Source: Candidatus Aldehydirespiratoraceae bacterium (GTDB lineage: Bacteria > Actinomycetota > Acidimicrobiia > Acidimicrobiales > Aldehydirespiratoraceae). From it: DNA of 64,000 nucleotides. The stretch's first letter is position 1, and every line of letters starts with the position of its first letter. Position numbers and translations under genes: made by a program. Below are positions 53,269-63,219 of this stretch, one piece after another. The stretch is taken from positions 1,029,988 through 1,093,987 of the forward strand of contig OZ240617.1 of assembly GCA_965198365.1 (NCBI GenBank), read 5' to 3'. The notes beneath the pieces were generated by a model that saw only the letters and a program-made list of their open reading frames with translations, had not been told where the DNA came from and ran no database searches.

Positions 53269-54210
53269 ATGGCCGCAATTCAGGTGGAAGGACTCGTTCG
53301 TTGCTTTGGTGATCTCCGGGCAGTGGACGGTATCGATCTTGAAGTCCCCAAAGGAGAGATCTACGGATTTCTTGGACCCAACGGTGCTGGAAAATCAACT
53401 TTGGTGCGGATGCTGTGCACTCTGCTTCTCCCCACCAGCGGTCGCGCCCGGGTAGCTGGCTTTGATGTGGTCTCCCAAGCCGCTCAGTTGCGGTTTTCGA
53501 TCGGTGTGGCCCTGCAGGAAGCGGCCCTCGACGACCGCATGACCGGTCTTGAGATCCTCCAAACTCAGGGTCGCCTATTCGGGTTGCGCTCCAGCGAAAT
53601 CACCCAGCGAATTGAAGAACTCGCGCCGATCCTCGACATCGGAGCCCTGCCTGCGCTTGTTTCGACATACTCCGGAGGAATGAAACGGCGCCTTGACCTG
53701 GCGGCATCATTGATGCACAGCCCGTCGGTGCTTTTTCTCGACGAGCCGACAACAGGCCTAGACCCGCAAGGGCGGCTGCGTGTCTGGGAAGAGGTTCGGC
53801 GACTCAATCGTGAACATGGCATGACCGTGTTTTTGACCACGCAATACCTTGAAGAGGCTGATGAGTTGTCGAACCGCATCGGGATAATCGACCACGGCAA
53901 GCTCGTCGCACAGGGATCGCCCACAGAACTGAAGCGCACCGTCGGAACCGATGTTGTCATTGCCCGCCTTGAAGAGGGTCACGGAGCAGCGGCAGCAGCG
54001 CTTGTAGGCATCGACGGCCTTGATTCCGTTGAACACCACGGCGACGAACTGATCATCAACACCATCGACGGCAACCGAGCACTCAGCCCCGTCGCCTTGG
54101 CCTTTGACCGAGCCGGCGTGTCGGTAACCGAACTAGCGCTTCGAACACCAACCCTCGACGACGTTTTCTTGGAAGTCACAGGTCATCGCATGGAAGGAGT
54201 CGATTCATGA
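53269..54210 (+). CDS. ABC transporter ATP-binding protein (DrrA-like)
   Basis: GPNGAGKST Walker A, YSGGMKRRL signature, LFLDEPTTGLD Walker B. Confidence 0.9.
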   Translation: MAAIQVEGLVRCFGDLRAVDGIDLEVPKGEIYGFLGPNGAGKSTLVRMLCTLLLPTSGRARVAGFDVVSQAAQLRFSIGVALQEAALDDRMTGLEILQTQGRLFGLRSSEITQRIEELAPILDIGALPALVSTYSGGMKRRLDLAASLMHSPSVLFLDEPTTGLDPQGRLRVWEEVRRLNREHGMTVFLTTQYLEEADELSNRIGIIDHGKLVAQGSPTELKRTVGTDVVIARLEEGHGAAAAALVGIDGLDSVEHHGDELIINTIDGNRALSPVALAFDRAGVSVTELALRTPTLDDVFLEVTGHRMEGVDS

Positions 54211-55010
54211 CCACGACAATCACACCGCATCATCACATACAGGCGCGACCAACCGGGTTCTTCCGAGATGTCGGCAGCATCGCCATTCGGTCGGTGCGAC
54301 AGTTGCCCCGTGATCTTGAAGCGGTAGTCCCAGCGCTTCTCATCCCGCTGTTCTTCCTGGTCATAAACGTTGGTTCCTTGCAAGATGTTGCCAACTTCAC
54401 CTCGATCGAGATCGACTACAAAGCCTTCCAGTTGCCCGTCGCCATCATCTTTGCGGTCACAGGAGTGTCGCGTGCGCCGGCACTGGTGCTCGACATCCAG
54501 AACGGGTACTTCGACCGTCTGATGCTCACCCCAGTGTCACGCAGGGCGCTGTTGATCGGTCATATAGTCGCCGACTTCGTGTTGGTCGTGATGCTCATAA
54601 TCCCGGTGCTGGTCTTCGGATTCATTATTGGCGTGCGGTTCCCGACAGGGCCGTTGGGAGTGGCCACGTTCATCGTTATGGGTGCCCTCTGGGGGGTTGC
54701 CTACACCGGCTTGCCTTACGCCATCGCCTTGCGTACGGGTAACCCTGGAGCTGTCAACTCCTCATTCCTGTTGTTCTTTCCTTTTGCCTTCATAACTTCT
54801 TCATTCGTCCCGATTGACGCGATGACCGGCTGGCTCGGTCAGGCAGCCAGGTACAACCCGGTGACATATTTGCTGGAGGGACTGCGATCTCTCTTTCTCA
54901 ACTGGGATGGAGGATCGCTGCTCAAGGCATTGTTGGCAATAGCCGGAGTTGCGCTCATAAGCCAGACATTGGCATTCGGCGCACTGAAGCATCGAGTCGC
55001 CCGCGGCTGA
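54207..55010 (+). CDS. ABC-2 type transporter permease
   Basis: 4-bp overlap with the ATPase gene; six hydrophobic segments. Confidence 0.8.
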   Translation: MTTTITPHHHIQARPTGFFRDVGSIAIRSVRQLPRDLEAVVPALLIPLFFLVINVGSLQDVANFTSIEIDYKAFQLPVAIIFAVTGVSRAPALVLDIQNGYFDRLMLTPVSRRALLIGHIVADFVLVVMLIIPVLVFGFIIGVRFPTGPLGVATFIVMGALWGVAYTGLPYAIALRTGNPGAVNSSFLLFFPFAFITSSFVPIDAMTGWLGQAARYNPVTYLLEGLRSLFLNWDGGSLLKALLAIAGVALISQTLAFGALKHRVARG

Positions 55011-55037
55011 CCCATAACCAGCGCGTAGCCTTCGCTT

Positions 55038-56804
55038 GTGATCCTTGTTGACGTTGACCGTGTCAGCATGAGCCGACCTGATCGGCTTCTGTTCGGCGAT
55101 GTCTCCGTCACGGTTTCGAACCGAGACCGACTCGGTGTGGTCGGAATCAACGGAACCGGCAAGACAACTCTGCTCTCTGTAATTGCAGGTCAGCGGATCC
55201 CCGAAAGTGGAGAAGTTCGTCGCAAGAAAGGCGTATCGGTAGCGACCCTGGAACAGATAACCGAACTTCAGTCGGGGTCGGTTCGCCAAGCAGTAGGCGG
55301 GGGCTGGCGGGGAGAGGCGGCTCTGCAACGGCTCGGTATGGGCGACAAGATCGACCGCGGTATTGAAACGCTGTCCGGCGGGGAACAAAAGCGGGTGGCA
55401 CTGGCGCAAACGGTCGTCGCCGAAGCAGACCTGCTGGTGCTCGACGAACCGACCAACCACTTAGACGTGGACGCCATCGAATGGCTGGAGTCTGAGCTTG
55501 CCGCCTTCAAGGGCGGTCTGGTGATAGTCACCCACGATCGCAAGGTTCTCGACGCCGTCACAACCAGAATCCTCGAACTTGATCGGGGTTCGGCGTACCT
55601 TCACGACGGCGGTTACGCAGGTTACTTGGAGAGAAAGGCGACCCGCGAAGCGCTGGCCAAGGCACACGAATCGACGAGACGCAACTTGGCGCGGCGCGAA
55701 CTCGCATGGCTGCGCCGAGGGGCCAAGGCTCGAACACGTAAGAGCAGATCACGTGTCAACAAGGCCAATGAACTGATCGACGGTGGGACTGCGGTGGCTA
55801 GTGCTCGTGAAGTCGACCTCGACTTGGCGTCGTTGCATAACAGCACGCCGCGGCTCGGAGATCAGGTTGTAGAACTCCACGATGTGACTGTCGGCTTCGA
55901 CGGCGAACCCCCACTGATCAGCGGCCTCGACCTGTTGTTGGATCGCACCGAACGGCTCGGGATTGTGGGAGCAAACGGATCAGGCAAATCGACGCTCCTT
56001 GATGTGATAGCGGGTCGCCGCGAGCCGCTGGCCGGTCGAGTCGTCCAGGGCCCGACCGCAGTCGTTGGTCTGCACGACCAGCAAGGGCGAAGTCTCGACC
56101 CGAACGTGACGGTACGCCAGTTCATTGCTGGTGACGGAGCCCAACCCGACTGGTGGGACCTCGCCCTGCTGGAACGATTTTGGTTCGATAGCGACACCCA
56201 GAGGTCTCCTATCAACATGCTGTCGGGCGGGGAGCGCCGTCGGCTCCAGCTAGTGGTCACCCTGGCTGACAAACCCAACGTTCTGCTACTCGACGAGCCC
56301 ACCAACGACCTTGACCTCGACACGCTGAGAGCTCTTGAAGACTTTCTTGAACATTGGCCTGGAGCGCTCATCGTGGTCAGTCATGATCGGGCCCTGCTGA
56401 ACCGAACGGTGGACGACGTGCTGGTGATCGACGACCGTCGAGCCCGGCGCTGGCCGGGAGGCTACGAAGCCTGGCTCATCGACCGCCAACGACCAGCCAA
56501 CAAAACCCAGCAAGGCGAAGCATCATCGGCCGGACGCTCGCTGTCTCAGAAGCGCCGAACCGCAGCCTCTCAGAGCGCAACCACTAGATCGAGCGCAACC
56601 ATTCGTCATGAACTGAAGAAGGCCGAAAAGGAACTGGACCGCCTTGAAGCTCGAAGGCTCCAACTCGAAACGGTCTTGGCGGAGTCGGGAACTGATCACC
56701 ACAAGCTCGCCGAGGCGGGATCTGCGCTGGCCGATTGCGCGCAAGAGCACGCGCTAGCCGAAGATCTTTGGTTGAGGTTGTGCGACGAACTGGAACAGCG
56801 CTGA
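55038..56804 (+). CDS. ABC-F family ATPase (two ABC domains, no TMD)
   Basis: GINGTGKTT and GANGSGKST Walker A motifs, LSGGEQKRV / LSGGERRRL signatures, C-terminal coiled-coil tail. Confidence 0.85.
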   Translation: MILVDVDRVSMSRPDRLLFGDVSVTVSNRDRLGVVGINGTGKTTLLSVIAGQRIPESGEVRRKKGVSVATLEQITELQSGSVRQAVGGGWRGEAALQRLGMGDKIDRGIETLSGGEQKRVALAQTVVAEADLLVLDEPTNHLDVDAIEWLESELAAFKGGLVIVTHDRKVLDAVTTRILELDRGSAYLHDGGYAGYLERKATREALAKAHESTRRNLARRELAWLRRGAKARTRKSRSRVNKANELIDGGTAVASAREVDLDLASLHNSTPRLGDQVVELHDVTVGFDGEPPLISGLDLLLDRTERLGIVGANGSGKSTLLDVIAGRREPLAGRVVQGPTAVVGLHDQQGRSLDPNVTVRQFIAGDGAQPDWWDLALLERFWFDSDTQRSPINMLSGGERRRLQLVVTLADKPNVLLLDEPTNDLDLDTLRALEDFLEHWPGALIVVSHDRALLNRTVDDVLVIDDRRARRWPGGYEAWLIDRQRPANKTQQGEASSAGRSLSQKRRTAASQSATTRSSATIRHELKKAEKELDRLEARRLQLETVLAESGTDHHKLAEAGSALADCAQEHALAEDLWLRLCDELEQR

Positions 56805-56834
56805 GGTGCTCAAGAGTCCGGTAGCCTGAGCGTT

Positions 56835-57476
56835 ATGACGAACGCGGAACTTGCTGTCGCTGAGACCAACCAAGGCGAAGTCTTGATCGTGAGCGACGCC
56901 GCCCGCGCCACTGTGCTCGATATTCGATCCAACGAAGATGATGGGGAAACACTGGGGCTTCGCGTAGAAGTGACCGGTGCCAGCGGGGTGGACTACACCT
57001 ACGATCTCTCCCTTGAACCGATTGCGGAAAAGGCCGACGACGACCACATCCACAAAAAAGAGGGGCTCACGGTCATTGTTCCAGCGCTCAGCGTCTCGGC
57101 TCTGACGGGTGCCACGCTTGACCTTCCCACCAATGCGGGCCAAGGGGGATTGGTGATCCGCAACCCGAACCGACCGAACCCGCTTGGTGAGCTGGGTCAA
57201 CTCGAACTGACCGGCGACTCAGCCAACAAGGTCCGCACCCTCTTGGCAGAGCGCATCAATCCCGCGCTCGCCTCGCACGGTGGCTACGCCGAACTCGTCG
57301 GTGTTGAGGACGATCGGGCGTTTGTGACCATGGGAGGGGGCTGTCAGGGTTGCGCCTTGAGTGCTGCCACCCTGCGCGAGGGAATCTCCAAGGCAATCCT
57401 CGAAGCCATCCCCGAAATCACCGAAGTAGTCGACACCACCGACCACGACCAAGGCGAAAACCCCTACTACACGTAG
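56835..57476 (+). CDS. Fe-S cluster assembly protein (HesB/IscA-like N-terminal + NifU-like C-terminal domain)
   Basis: INPALASHGGYAELVGVEDDRAFVTMGGGCQGCALS, the NifU C-terminal CxxC motif. Confidence 0.75.
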   Translation: MTNAELAVAETNQGEVLIVSDAARATVLDIRSNEDDGETLGLRVEVTGASGVDYTYDLSLEPIAEKADDDHIHKKEGLTVIVPALSVSALTGATLDLPTNAGQGGLVIRNPNRPNPLGELGQLELTGDSANKVRTLLAERINPALASHGGYAELVGVEDDRAFVTMGGGCQGCALSAATLREGISKAILEAIPEITEVVDTTDHDQGENPYYT

Positions 57477-57645
57477 CTTTCGCCGGGCGTAGCCGGAGCC
57501 GTGCGAGAGGGTGCGTGGTGCGGGTGTGGGGCGCGTTGCTTTCGCCGGGCGTAGCCGGAGCCGTGCGAGCGGGTGCGTGGTGCGGGTGTGGGGCGCGTTG
57601 CTTTCGCGGGGCGTAGCCGGAGCCGTATTGCCGGAAATCTGCGCG
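57476..57645. repeat. 62-bp tandem repeat x2.7
   Basis: Units start at 57476, 57538 and 57600 (gctttcgccgggcgtagccggagccgtgcgag.gggtgcgtggtgcgggtgtggggcgcgtt). The third unit is truncated. Confidence 0.85.
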
Positions 57646-57696
57646 TTTAACCACAAGGGATGTAGTTTTTCGCGCTAATTTCGGCGCGGAGTGGGT

Positions 57697-59526
57697 TCAG
57701 GGGTGCAGGAGGGACTGGACTTCGGTGGCGATGCTCTTGGCATCGAGACCGAAGCGGGCGTGGATGTCGTCGGGGTTGGCGTGGGGGACGTACTCCACGG
57801 GGATCCCCAACACCCGGATACGGCAGTCAGTGTCGCGGTCGCCCAGAGTGTCACGAACCGCGGCGCCCGCACCTCCGATACGCAACCCGTCCTCGACGGT
57901 GACAATCACATCGTGTTCAGCGATGTCGTCGATCATCTTCGAGTCGAGCGGGACCACCACTCGAGGGTCGTAAACGGTGGCTTCAATGCCGTTGGCGGCA
58001 AGTAAGTCGGCCGCGCCTATAACCGCGCTCAGCATCTGACCGAAGCCGAGCAACGCAACCTGCCCGTCGCCGGTACGGGTCTTTCGAGCGTTGAGGCCCA
58101 CGCCGACCTCATGATCTGCCACATGAGCAGCCGGACTGCGCGACCAGCGGATCGCCACAGGACCATCAGTGAGATCCATTGCGTCTTCCATCATCTGCTG
58201 GAGTTCCTGGTAGCTCGACGGAGCCAGCACAGTCATTCCAGGTACTTTCGTAAACAACACCATGTCCAACAGACCATGATGCGAGGCGCCGTCAGGGCCG
58301 GTAACGCCTGCTCGGTCCACACAGAAAATCACGGGTTGGCCATGCAACCCGACATCCAGGTTGACCTGATCAAAAGCCCTGCTCAGGAAGGTCGAATAAA
58401 CGGCGACAACTGGGCGAAGACCACCCATTGCCATGCCAGTCGCAGCAGTGACAGCATGCTGCTCGGCAATGCCGACATCGAAACAACGCTCCGGGAAACG
58501 ATCCCGGAAAGGCAACAAGCCGGTGGAATCGGGCATTGCGGCCGTAATCGCCACGAGTTCAGGATGCTGATCACCCAGCTTCACCAACGTTTCAGAAAAT
58601 GCCGCAGTGTAAGACCCGTCCTTCACCGACCCGATGTCGTGCATGTTCTTGATGTTGTCGTTCTCGGCCGGAGCGTAACCACGACCCTTGTGGGTCAATA
58701 CATGCACTAGAACCGGACCGTCGAACTCGGCAGCGTTGTGCAGTGCCTCCTCAAGCGACTCGATGTCGTGGCCGTCGAACGGCCCGATGTAACGAATCCC
58801 AAGATTCTCGAAGAAAGCTGGTGGTTCCCACATCTCACGGATCGCTGCCTTCGACATCTTCACGCCACGTTTGATCTGCTCACCAACCCAAGGGATGCGC
58901 TCAGCTATCTCCTCAACTTTCGCCTGTCGACGCATGTAGATCGGGTTGCTGCGAATCTTGACCAGGCTTTCGCTCAAACGAGAGACCGTAGGGGCATAGG
59001 AGCGGCCGTTGTCGTTCAACACGATCACCACATCGCGCCCGCTGTGACCCAGGTTGTTGAGTCCCTCAAAAGCCATGCCGCCAGTAAGGGCACCATCGCC
59101 GACAACAGCCACTACCCGCCGACGCTTGTCGTTGGCGTGAAACGCGGTAGCAAGGCCATGGGCATAGGACAACACCGTTGAGGCATGACTGTTCTCAATC
59201 CAATCATGTTCAGATTCCGCCCTGGACGGATAACCCGAAAGCCCGCCCTCTTGACGCAGATTACCGAACCCAGCGAGTCTTCCTGTCAGCATCTTGTGGA
59301 CGTACGCCTGATGCCCGGTGTCCCACAGAATCGCGTCGTGAGGGGAACGGAACACGCGATGCAAAGCAACAGTCAGTTCCACTGCGCCGAGGTTGGAACC
59401 CAGGTGACCGCTGTGTTCGTTTACCGCCGAGACAATCTCCTCGCGGATTTGCTCGCAAAGATCGTTGAGTTCAGCGAAGCTGCGGCCCTGCAGATCAATT
59501 GGGCCGTGGATGGCATCGAGGCGCAT
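57697..59526 (-). CDS. dxs: 1-deoxy-D-xylulose-5-phosphate synthase
   Basis: GHLGSNLGAVELTVALH, GDGALTGGMAFEGLN (ThDP motif); about 610 aa. Confidence 0.9.
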   Translation of the reverse strand: MRLDAIHGPIDLQGRSFAELNDLCEQIREEIVSAVNEHSGHLGSNLGAVELTVALHRVFRSPHDAILWDTGHQAYVHKMLTGRLAGFGNLRQEGGLSGYPSRAESEHDWIENSHASTVLSYAHGLATAFHANDKRRRVVAVVGDGALTGGMAFEGLNNLGHSGRDVVIVLNDNGRSYAPTVSRLSESLVKIRSNPIYMRRQAKVEEIAERIPWVGEQIKRGVKMSKAAIREMWEPPAFFENLGIRYIGPFDGHDIESLEEALHNAAEFDGPVLVHVLTHKGRGYAPAENDNIKNMHDIGSVKDGSYTAAFSETLVKLGDQHPELVAITAAMPDSTGLLPFRDRFPERCFDVGIAEQHAVTAATGMAMGGLRPVVAVYSTFLSRAFDQVNLDVGLHGQPVIFCVDRAGVTGPDGASHHGLLDMVLFTKVPGMTVLAPSSYQELQQMMEDAMDLTDGPVAIRWSRSPAAHVADHEVGVGLNARKTRTGDGQVALLGFGQMLSAVIGAADLLAANGIEATVYDPRVVVPLDSKMIDDIAEHDVIVTVEDGLRIGGAGAAVRDTLGDRDTDCRIRVLGIPVEYVPHANPDDIHARFGLDAKSIATEVQSLLHP

Positions 59527-59568
59527 GAGTGTCCTGTCGCGGCGGTGGGGTAAGGAATCTTAGCCATT

Positions 59569-60411
59569 TCAGATGGTACTTGTGGAACGACCTCGGCGAC
59601 CTCCACCGGGCAAGAACTGTGAGAGTTTCGGGGCCAGGAGCAAGCCCAGAGCGACAGACACAAGCCCGCCGATGGCGTCGATCCAATAATGGTTGGCGGT
59701 GACCACGATAGAAAAAAGCGTCAACAGCGGGTAGCTGGCGATGACAGCTCGTGTTGTTCGCCGCTTCAGTACGGGATACAAGCCAATCGTGCACCACACC
59801 GCCCAAGCGACGTGCAAGCTCGGCATTGCCGCGTACTGGTTTGAGATTGCCTCCATTGTCACTGACTCAAATGACCAAAGGCCACCAGGATCAACCAGTG
59901 TGTCGACGTAGTTGTGGCCCGGCACACAAGCCCCGTACTGCGAAGCGCAGTTCGACAACAGGCGAGGTGGCATCAGCGGATACAACGCGAAGCCAATGAG
60001 CGCGGACGCGGTGGTGACGGCCAACATCGAACGCATCAAGATGTAACGGGTCGGAAAACGAAGAAACAGATACACCATCACGAAGATGGTGACGATGAAA
60101 TGGAACGACCCGTAAAAAACATTCCAAAACACAATGAACCAATCCCAATCAAGGAATTGCTGTTGCGTCCACTCCTCGTGATAAAGCCCCATCGCCTTCT
60201 CGATGCCGATGATGTCAAGGGCGTTTTCGTAGGAGCGGAGGCGGACACTGTCTCCGAGCGCGGAGCCGAACTGGTTCCTGATCTCGGAATAGACGATGTA
60301 GAACCCCAGCGTCATGCCTGCCTCAAGCCACCACTTCAACAGCGGACCCGAAGAGGGGTCGGTTTCGACACTGGTGGCGTGTCCTGCTTCGACGCGCATT
60401 GGCGGTACCAT
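59569..60411 (-). CDS. PAP2-superfamily membrane protein (PAP2_C / IPC-synthase-like)
   Basis: Multi-pass membrane protein with the MPSLHVAWAVW motif. Confidence 0.65.
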   Translation of the reverse strand: MVPPMRVEAGHATSVETDPSSGPLLKWWLEAGMTLGFYIVYSEIRNQFGSALGDSVRLRSYENALDIIGIEKAMGLYHEEWTQQQFLDWDWFIVFWNVFYGSFHFIVTIFVMVYLFLRFPTRYILMRSMLAVTTASALIGFALYPLMPPRLLSNCASQYGACVPGHNYVDTLVDPGGLWSFESVTMEAISNQYAAMPSLHVAWAVWCTIGLYPVLKRRTTRAVIASYPLLTLFSIVVTANHYWIDAIGGLVSVALGLLLAPKLSQFLPGGGRRGRSTSTI

Positions 60412-60439
60412 AGCGACCTCTGGACCTTGGAGTTGCTAA

Positions 60440-61831
60440 GTGCTTGACCATGAGTTGATCAACCGCACCCTCAGCACCGCGCTGAGCACTGGCGCGGAGT
60501 TTGCAGAAGTGTTCGTAGAAGACAAGAAGTCATCGTCGGCAATGCTCGACGACGGGCGGGTCGAGGAACTGACAAGCGGTCGGGATAGAGGTGCCGGCAT
60601 TCGTGTGGTGGCGGGAGATACAACCGGCTTCGCGCACACTGCGGACCTCTCTGAACGCGGACTCGCCGGTGCTGCCGAGGTAGCAGCGGCCGCGGCTCGG
60701 GGCGGGGGAGGCGGCACGCGCACTGTCTCGGTCGGCAGCCACGGCATCGTGGCTAGCGCCTCCGCTCAGGTCCCACCCGAAGATGTGGCCAAGACCGTCA
60801 AAGTCGAACTGTTGGCGCGCGCTGACGCCGAGGCACGAGCGGTCGGGTCACAAATTTCGCAAGTCTCGGCTCGCTACGGAGACAGCCGTCGCCGGATTCT
60901 GGTAGCCAACAGCGACGGACTGCTCGCCGAAGACGACCAGATCCGCACCCTGTTCTCTGTTTCCTGCGTGGCAACCGGAGACACTGGCCTGCAGACCGGA
61001 CGCGAGTCTGTAGGTCGAACTATCGGCTTCGAACTCTTTGATGAGACTGATGTCACCGATTTGGCCCGGCGGGCAGCCAACCGTGCGATCACCAAACTGA
61101 GTGCGCGCCCAGCACCCTCGGGGACGATGCCTGTGGTGGTCGGACCTGGCGGCGGCGGAGTGTTGTTTCACGAGGCGTGCGGTCATGGACTGGAAGCCGA
61201 CCTGATAGCCAAATCGGCGAGCGTCTTCGCTGGTCGTGTCGGTGAAGAAGTGGCCACGCCTCTTGTCACCCTCATCGACGACGGCACCATGGCCGGCGAG
61301 TGGGGGCACTTTGCAATCGACGACGAAGGCCACCAAGCTGCACACAACGTATTGATTGATCGTGGCGTGCTCACCGACTACATGTGGGACCACTTGCGTG
61401 CCCGCAAGCAAGGGCGACCGAGTTCGGGCAACGGTAGACGCCAGAGCTACCAGCACCTGCCGATGGTGCGAATGACCAACACTTACATCAGCAACGGCGA
61501 AGACGACCCCGACGACATCATCTCCGGAACCGAATCAGGTGTGTACGTCGCACAACTCGGTGGGGGGCAGGTCAATACAGCCACCGGTGACTTCGTGTTC
61601 GGCATGACCGAGGCCTACCTGATCGAAAACGGTGAGATCACCGATCCGATACGGCAAGGAAACCTCATTGGCAACGGACCCGAAACCCTCCAGCTGATTG
61701 AGGCCGTTGGCAATGACTTCGCGATGGGCTCACCTGGCACCTGCGGCAAAGACGGCCAAGGTGTGCCGGTCGGTGACGGCACCCCGACACTGCGGGTAAA
61801 GGCTCTCACCATCGGCGGCACCGCGGCCTGA
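60440..61831 (+). CDS. tldD: TldD-family metalloprotease
   Basis: GVLFHEACGHGLEAD (HExxxH-type motif), about 460 aa, followed by the pmbA-like partner. Confidence 0.85.
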   Translation: MLDHELINRTLSTALSTGAEFAEVFVEDKKSSSAMLDDGRVEELTSGRDRGAGIRVVAGDTTGFAHTADLSERGLAGAAEVAAAAARGGGGGTRTVSVGSHGIVASASAQVPPEDVAKTVKVELLARADAEARAVGSQISQVSARYGDSRRRILVANSDGLLAEDDQIRTLFSVSCVATGDTGLQTGRESVGRTIGFELFDETDVTDLARRAANRAITKLSARPAPSGTMPVVVGPGGGGVLFHEACGHGLEADLIAKSASVFAGRVGEEVATPLVTLIDDGTMAGEWGHFAIDDEGHQAAHNVLIDRGVLTDYMWDHLRARKQGRPSSGNGRRQSYQHLPMVRMTNTYISNGEDDPDDIISGTESGVYVAQLGGGQVNTATGDFVFGMTEAYLIENGEITDPIRQGNLIGNGPETLQLIEAVGNDFAMGSPGTCGKDGQGVPVGDGTPTLRVKALTIGGTAA

Positions 61832-61840
61832 GGCGCAGTA

Positions 61841-63208
61841 ATGGCTGAGACGAACGGGTCAACCAACACTGAGTTGTTGGATATTGCCACTCGGGTTGCG
61901 GGTTGGGCAGACAACGGTGAACAAGTAGAAGTCTTCGTCGCCGATGAACTCGAAACCGAGGTTCGGGCATACCAAGGCGCAGTCGAATCGTTCACATCGG
62001 CTCGAAGCCAGGGGATAGGTGTACGAGTCGTAGCTGACGGTCGGCAGGGATATGCCTACGCGGGCACACTGGACCGATCGGTGTTGTCAGAGACGCTGCA
62101 AGAAGCGCGTGACAACGCAGCCTTCGCCGAACCCGACGAATTCAATGGCGTGGCTCAGCCCGATGGTGTCGTTCCCGTGGAATTCGATCTGTTCGATTCG
62201 TCGCTGGACAACTTCTCAACAGACGACAAAGTCGCGCTCGCTGTTGAGCTCGAACGTGCCACCCTCGGAGCGGACCAGCGGATCTCAGGGATCGAGTCTG
62301 CCGAATACGCCGACACTCGCTGCGAATCGGCAATCGCCACTTCTACCGGGATCACCAGTACGAGCCGTGAAACAGGTTGCTGTCTGGCGACCTACGCAAT
62401 GGCCGAAGCCGACGGCGAAACACAGACAGGTTTTGGGTACTCGATCGGTAGGGGGCCGGCAGTCCTCAACGTGGAACACGCAGCTCGCGAAGCCGCGGAG
62501 AGAGCCACTCGGCTCTTGGGCGCGACCAAACCGCAGACAAGCAAACTCACTGTGGTGCTCGACCCGTGGGTATGTGCCCAACTACTCGGAATCATCGGTG
62601 GAACCCTGAGTGGCGATGCCGCGCAGCGAGGCCGCTCATTTTTTGCTGATCGAGTTGGTGAGAAAGTTGCGGTAAGCGACCTCTGTCTACTCGACGACGC
62701 CACCAACGTTGATGCTTTCACAGCTTCCGCGGTTGACGGCGAGGGTCTGGCCACGCGTCCGAATTCACTGATTGACTCTGGGGTGTTGCAAGGCTTCCTT
62801 CACAACTCCTACACGGCCCGGCGGGGCGCAACTTCATCTACCGGTTCAGCGGTACGCGCGGGTTTCAAAGGCGCGCCGGGCGTTGGTTCTCAGGCGTTGG
62901 CCCTGCGACCTGGAACGCGCAACCAGAACGAACTCATCGCCAGCATCGACGACGGTCTTCTAGTGCAGGGCGTGGCAGGACTGCACTCCGGTGTCAATCC
63001 CGTTTCTGGAGATTTCTCCACTGGCGCGGAAGGGCTTCGAATCCGCAATGGCGCCCTGGCCGAACCAGTGCGAGAGATCACCATCGCCTCAACTCTTCAG
63101 CGGATACTGCTCGACATCACCGAAATAGGCAATGACCTACAGTGGCTGCCCATGAGCGCGGCCGGTGTTTCCCTTGTGGTCGCCGATGTGATGATGTCGG
63201 GTGCCTGA
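61841..63208 (+). CDS. pmbA: PmbA/TldE-family protein
   Basis: Paralogous fold partner directly downstream of tldD. GLHSGVNPVSGDFS motif. Confidence 0.8.
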   Translation: MAETNGSTNTELLDIATRVAGWADNGEQVEVFVADELETEVRAYQGAVESFTSARSQGIGVRVVADGRQGYAYAGTLDRSVLSETLQEARDNAAFAEPDEFNGVAQPDGVVPVEFDLFDSSLDNFSTDDKVALAVELERATLGADQRISGIESAEYADTRCESAIATSTGITSTSRETGCCLATYAMAEADGETQTGFGYSIGRGPAVLNVEHAAREAAERATRLLGATKPQTSKLTVVLDPWVCAQLLGIIGGTLSGDAAQRGRSFFADRVGEKVAVSDLCLLDDATNVDAFTASAVDGEGLATRPNSLIDSGVLQGFLHNSYTARRGATSSTGSAVRAGFKGAPGVGSQALALRPGTRNQNELIASIDDGLLVQGVAGLHSGVNPVSGDFSTGAEGLRIRNGALAEPVREITIASTLQRILLDITEIGNDLQWLPMSAAGVSLVVADVMMSGA

Positions 63209-63219
63209 GCTGGTGACTG

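Noticed and set aside
57660-57697. Hairpin CGCGC-N8-GCGCG next to a T/A5 run as a terminator for dxs or nifU-like
   Set aside because: On either strand the U-run precedes rather than follows the stem in the transcript direction, so it does not fit an intrinsic terminator.
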